Shown here: piece after piece, positions 61,168 through 64,000 of the stretch | How the letters are laid out: every line of letters begins with the position of its first letter | Position numbering within the stretch: position 1 is the first letter of the stretch | Origin: an uncultured archaeon | Lineage (GTDB): Archaea; Thermoproteota; Nitrososphaeria; Nitrososphaerales; Gagatemarchaeaceae | Assembly: GCA_963799775.1 (NCBI GenBank) | Contig: CAWCYD010000003.1 | Coordinates: forward strand, 1,024,001-1,088,000 | Length of the DNA stretch: 64,000 bases | Direction: 5' to 3' | Notes under the pieces: generated by a model | Seen by the model: only the letters and a program-made list of their open reading frames with translations | Databases searched by the model: none | What the model was told of the DNA's origin: nothing | Translations under genes and position numbers: made by a program

Positions 61168-61181
61168 TTTATTAAAATCGC

Positions 61182-63074
61182 TCAGCCGAAGGTCGGAACG
61201 CCGCTGCCAGCTATGCCCACGCCCCCAGGCGTGAAGAGCTCGGTCTCCACGACCTCCTTGCTTATCTCACTACGTCCGGCGACGACGAGGCCGCTCTGAC
61301 CGTGCTCGCCCGCCATGACAAGTATGCTAGTTATCGTCTGGACCGCGTGGATGTCCGCCAATTGGGACCCGGTGACGGTGCTTGCGACGTAGATCTCGCC
61401 CTGGATCGTACCCATGTAGGCGATTCCGCTGGCGACCATTATGAAGCTGAATTGCTGGTTCGCGACGGGGGCCTGCCAAGCGAAGGTGAGCTTTGACAGG
61501 TCGAAGGCGAAGGCAGTGCTGTTCCAATTGTTGCCAAGAGGGGTCTGACTTCCGAGGGAGCTTGAACGAGGGTCGAGCGCTCCGATGAGCAGCTTGTTGT
61601 TCGAATCGTAGGAGATGTTCGCGTTGTTGACCTCCACCGGTCTGGTAGAGTTCGAGGCCCCCGTGATGGATGCGAGTGTCTCCTTCATCTGCGTCTGGTT
61701 CATGATGTTAGGGATAGTCGCGCCCGAGACCCTTGAGACGCCGGGCATCTGACCCGAGTATAGCAATGCTCCGGTGGTCGGGTTGAGAAGGAAGAGGTAA
61801 CCGTTCTCGCACTGCTTGGCGATGACCTGTTGACTGGTCCCGCCGATGGTGGCCTGGACGAGTGCGATGTTTCCCTTGCAACCCCAGCCCCAGACGTCGT
61901 GTGGTGTGAGCTGGAAGGTCCACAGGATGTTCCCTGTCGTCGTTTGGAGGGCGATTATCGAGCTGCTGAACAGGGCCGGCCCGTTGAAAGCGCTGTTCAT
62001 CGAGACAGTCTGAGGAGGGCTGGTGACGATATAGGTCGTGTCCGTCGCTGTGTCCGAGACCCAGCTCGAGTTCGAGTCAGGCCCTGAGCTGTATACGGCG
62101 TTCCCTGACTGCGCTGTCCAGTCGTTGGACAAGAGGGATTGCACCGTGCTTGTTGGAAGGGTCCTCAGGTCGACGGCCGAGGGCCCGTTGAACTCCCAGA
62201 CGTGAGGAATCGAGTTGACCTGCGCCAGCTCCCAGCCAGGGTTGCTCCCGTCCTGAGGAGGCGAGAGATACGTCAGCCATTGCTGGGTGGCACTCTCCAC
62301 CTTGAACGATGTTGAGGCGAAGGAGAGCGTCACGTTCTTCGTCCCCAGCTTCCAGCCTTCGATGAGCCCCCGTCCGGGAATTCCGGTGGTGTTGACGCTC
62401 GGGCCTGTCACCAAGATCGACCTAGGTTCGTCGATTGCAAGGTTGGGCGCCGCCCATGAGTACGTCCCCACGTTGCCGTCTTGCCCCTTGGCGGGGACCG
62501 TCTCGTTGAATCCGTAGTTGGCGTTGACTGCTCCTACTGACAAGAACCCGTAGACGCCGTCCCACGGAGTTGTCGCCCAGACCTCAGGCTGGCCGCCGAT
62601 CGTCCTAGTGGCTTCCACATGGAAGTAGGGGGCGACCGATGGTATCTGGTTGCTTGGTGCGTTGGGCATCGGCGCACTGTAGACTTCGAGCTGAGTCTCG
62701 ATGTTCACCGCGTACATCTCGAAGTTGCCGACGTTGCCGAGGTAAGCAATCCCTCCCAGACCCACCTGTCTGCTTATGCCTCCGGCCACGAAGGGTGTGG
62801 CTTGGTAAGGATAGGAATTGTAGGCGCTCTCAGCAAGCAGAGAGGCGTTGGCAGGCGGTAGCCCCGGGTCCGAACTACAGCCGCAACCGAAGACGTCTCC
62901 GTACTCTGTGAGGGAGTCGTATGACGGCGGCCCCGTTGACGTCGTACTCGTCTTTGTCAATACGGCAGGTGCCTCAACGTAAATCACGGCGATTACGATC
63001 AGGGCCGCGATCCCGAGCGCGATGAACATGTTCCGATCTCTGGATTTGGAACGCGGCCTTGACTTGACGGCCAA
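61182..63074 (-). CDS. Divergent PQQ-fold protein with N-terminal TM anchor, catalytic acids missing
   Basis: GRGLIEG, GPALFSSSIIAL...TG..LW.FQ.TPHDVWGWGC, CENG..F.L...TG. Confidence 0.75.
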   Translation of the reverse strand: MAVKSRPRSKSRDRNMFIALGIAALIVIAVIYVEAPAVLTKTSTTSTGPPSYDSLTEYGDVFGCGCSSDPGLPPANASLLAESAYNSYPYQATPFVAGGISRQVGLGGIAYLGNVGNFEMYAVNIETQLEVYSAPMPNAPSNQIPSVAPYFHVEATRTIGGQPEVWATTPWDGVYGFLSVGAVNANYGFNETVPAKGQDGNVGTYSWAAPNLAIDEPRSILVTGPSVNTTGIPGRGLIEGWKLGTKNVTLSFASTSFKVESATQQWLTYLSPPQDGSNPGWELAQVNSIPHVWEFNGPSAVDLRTLPTSTVQSLLSNDWTAQSGNAVYSSGPDSNSSWVSDTATDTTYIVTSPPQTVSMNSAFNGPALFSSSIIALQTTTGNILWTFQLTPHDVWGWGCKGNIALVQATIGGTSQQVIAKQCENGYLFLLNPTTGALLYSGQMPGVSRVSGATIPNIMNQTQMKETLASITGASNSTRPVEVNNANISYDSNNKLLIGALDPRSSSLGSQTPLGNNWNSTAFAFDLSKLTFAWQAPVANQQFSFIMVASGIAYMGTIQGEIYVASTVTGSQLADIHAVQTITSILVMAGEHGQSGLVVAGRSEISKEVVETELFTPGGVGIAGSGVPTFG

Positions 63075-63178
63075 AGGAAAACTAGCCCGAACCCGCCCTT
63101 TGATTTATTAAAGTCTTTTGCACAAATGCCGAACTCTTGCAATATCTCGGAAAAACGGCGATATCCGAAACGTGCGCT

Positions 63179-63280
63179 CTAGTAGTGTCCGAAGACCAGG
63201 TAGATCTCGATGCCCACGATGACAGCCATGACGGCAAGGATTCCTATGAGCACGAGGGACCTCTTCAGTCGCCGGCTCAC
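63179..63280 (-). CDS. 33-aa single-TM peptide (not in ORF track)
   Basis: GTG start 7 nt after the upstream stop; MSRRLKRSLVLIGILAVMAVIVGIEIYLVFGHY. Confidence 0.65.
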   Translation of the reverse strand: MSRRLKRSLVLIGILAVMAVIVGIEIYLVFGHY

Positions 63281-63287
63281 TCCGATC

Positions 63288-63812
63288 TCAACCTTCGCTT
63301 GTTGCAGTGATGACATTGATGATCCCCGTTATCGTCGAGAGCAGCGCGATCACGATTAGAGTGCCTATGGGAATGACAGCCCAAGCTATGATCTGGGTGA
63401 TGACGGCCTGGCCGAATCCGTTGTGATACAAGTGCCCCCCATAGTAGCCTGCGTCTATGCCCATGAATGCGCAGATTCCGAATACGGCCCCCTCGAACGT
63501 GGTCAACTGGGCCAGAGCTAGAAAGTCGCTGACCGTGTTCCTGTCGTAGACCCTCGGCAGCATGTAGTAGATGAAACACCACAGGAAGCAGCCCACGACG
63601 CCGACTATCACAAAGACGAACCAGGAGATGAACATCCACGTGCCCGGCCAGACCTCCATCTTGAGAGGAAGGCCAAGTTGCGGCACTAGGACAGGGAGAG
63701 TAGCGGCGACGGCCACCACGATGTTGAACAGGCCCATCTTGAAGAAGTACCTTGAGGCCTGCTCAGAACGGACCGGCCCGAAGAGCGGCTGCTGACCCAT
63801 GTTCTTCACCAT
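63288..63812 (-). CDS. 4-TM membrane protein, paralog of 45898..46579
   Basis: GGAGG ribosome-binding site; PVL.P, WPGTWM, VGVVG, GYYGG, AVIP. Confidence 0.78.
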   Translation of the reverse strand: MVKNMGQQPLFGPVRSEQASRYFFKMGLFNIVVAVAATLPVLVPQLGLPLKMEVWPGTWMFISWFVFVIVGVVGCFLWCFIYYMLPRVYDRNTVSDFLALAQLTTFEGAVFGICAFMGIDAGYYGGHLYHNGFGQAVITQIIAWAVIPIGTLIVIALLSTITGIINVITATSEG

Positions 63813-63877
63813 TCAACCTCCTAAAGCACTTGCAAATGAGGGTTTGGGAGTCTCAGGCGTCTCTTCGAGGCCCGGCT

Positions 63878-64000
63878 CTACTGTAGAGTTCGCTCGCTGG
63901 ACCTGTTCGTGCTACGCTTCCTCTTGATGTAGACCACGAGCGGAAGCGAGGCCAGGTAGCACGCCACGGCGATCGCAGCGGCAGCCCCTCCGTAGAAGTA
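63878..64000 (-). CDS. C-terminal end of a membrane-anchored protein (5' part outside window)
   Basis: YFYGGAAAAIAVACYLASLPLVVYIKRKRSTNRSSERTLQ-stop. Confidence 0.6.
   Translation of the reverse strand, partial: YFYGGAAAAIAVACYLASLPLVVYIKRKRSTNRSSERTLQ

Noticed and set aside
55099-63074. Nitrous oxide reductase or quinohemoprotein assignment
   Set aside because: No CuA domain and no CxxCH; blade motifs match the PQQ-dehydrogenase fold. NosZ is only an analogy.
1-64000. CRISPR array, rRNA or prophage
   Set aside because: No regularly spaced repeats, rRNA-like segments or viral structural genes seen by eye.

Overview
Archaeal chromosome segment of about 60% GC. Gene content and order suggest a non-ammonia-oxidising Nitrososphaerota/TACK lineage (inference). 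About 20 genes, including essential ones (secY, adk, cbf5, uS3, uS5, uL14), carry 1-nt indels, which points to an unpolished long-read assembly and not to pseudogenes. From left to right: purA (partial), a liv-type ABC transporter, tRNA-Ser(GGA), an MFS/amidohydrolase/GNAT operon, the uL22-to-cbf5 ribosomal operon, sdhACDB, sufBD-Rieske-sufSU with a detached sufC, a secreted phosphoesterase, a tnpB-only IS200/IS605 element, a mevalonate-decarboxylase homolog and a HEAT/HE-motif protein. The best candidate for an undescribed system is the cluster at about 45.9-64 kb. It has two large membrane-anchored PQQ-dehydrogenase-fold proteins sharing about nine conserved His and a D-x-D metal motif, a third paralog lacking the catalytic acids, a Cys-less cupredoxin, a NosF/NosY-like ABC pair, a sugar ABC importer, two paralogous 4-TM proteins and an unannotated 33-aa membrane peptide. 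Other notable items are a phosphomevalonate-decarboxylase homolog with Gln at the catalytic Asp position, a half-size DOHH-like protein, a palindrome shared by the sufB and sufC promoters, and probable CTG starts. All family assignments come from reading motifs by eye; no searches were run.
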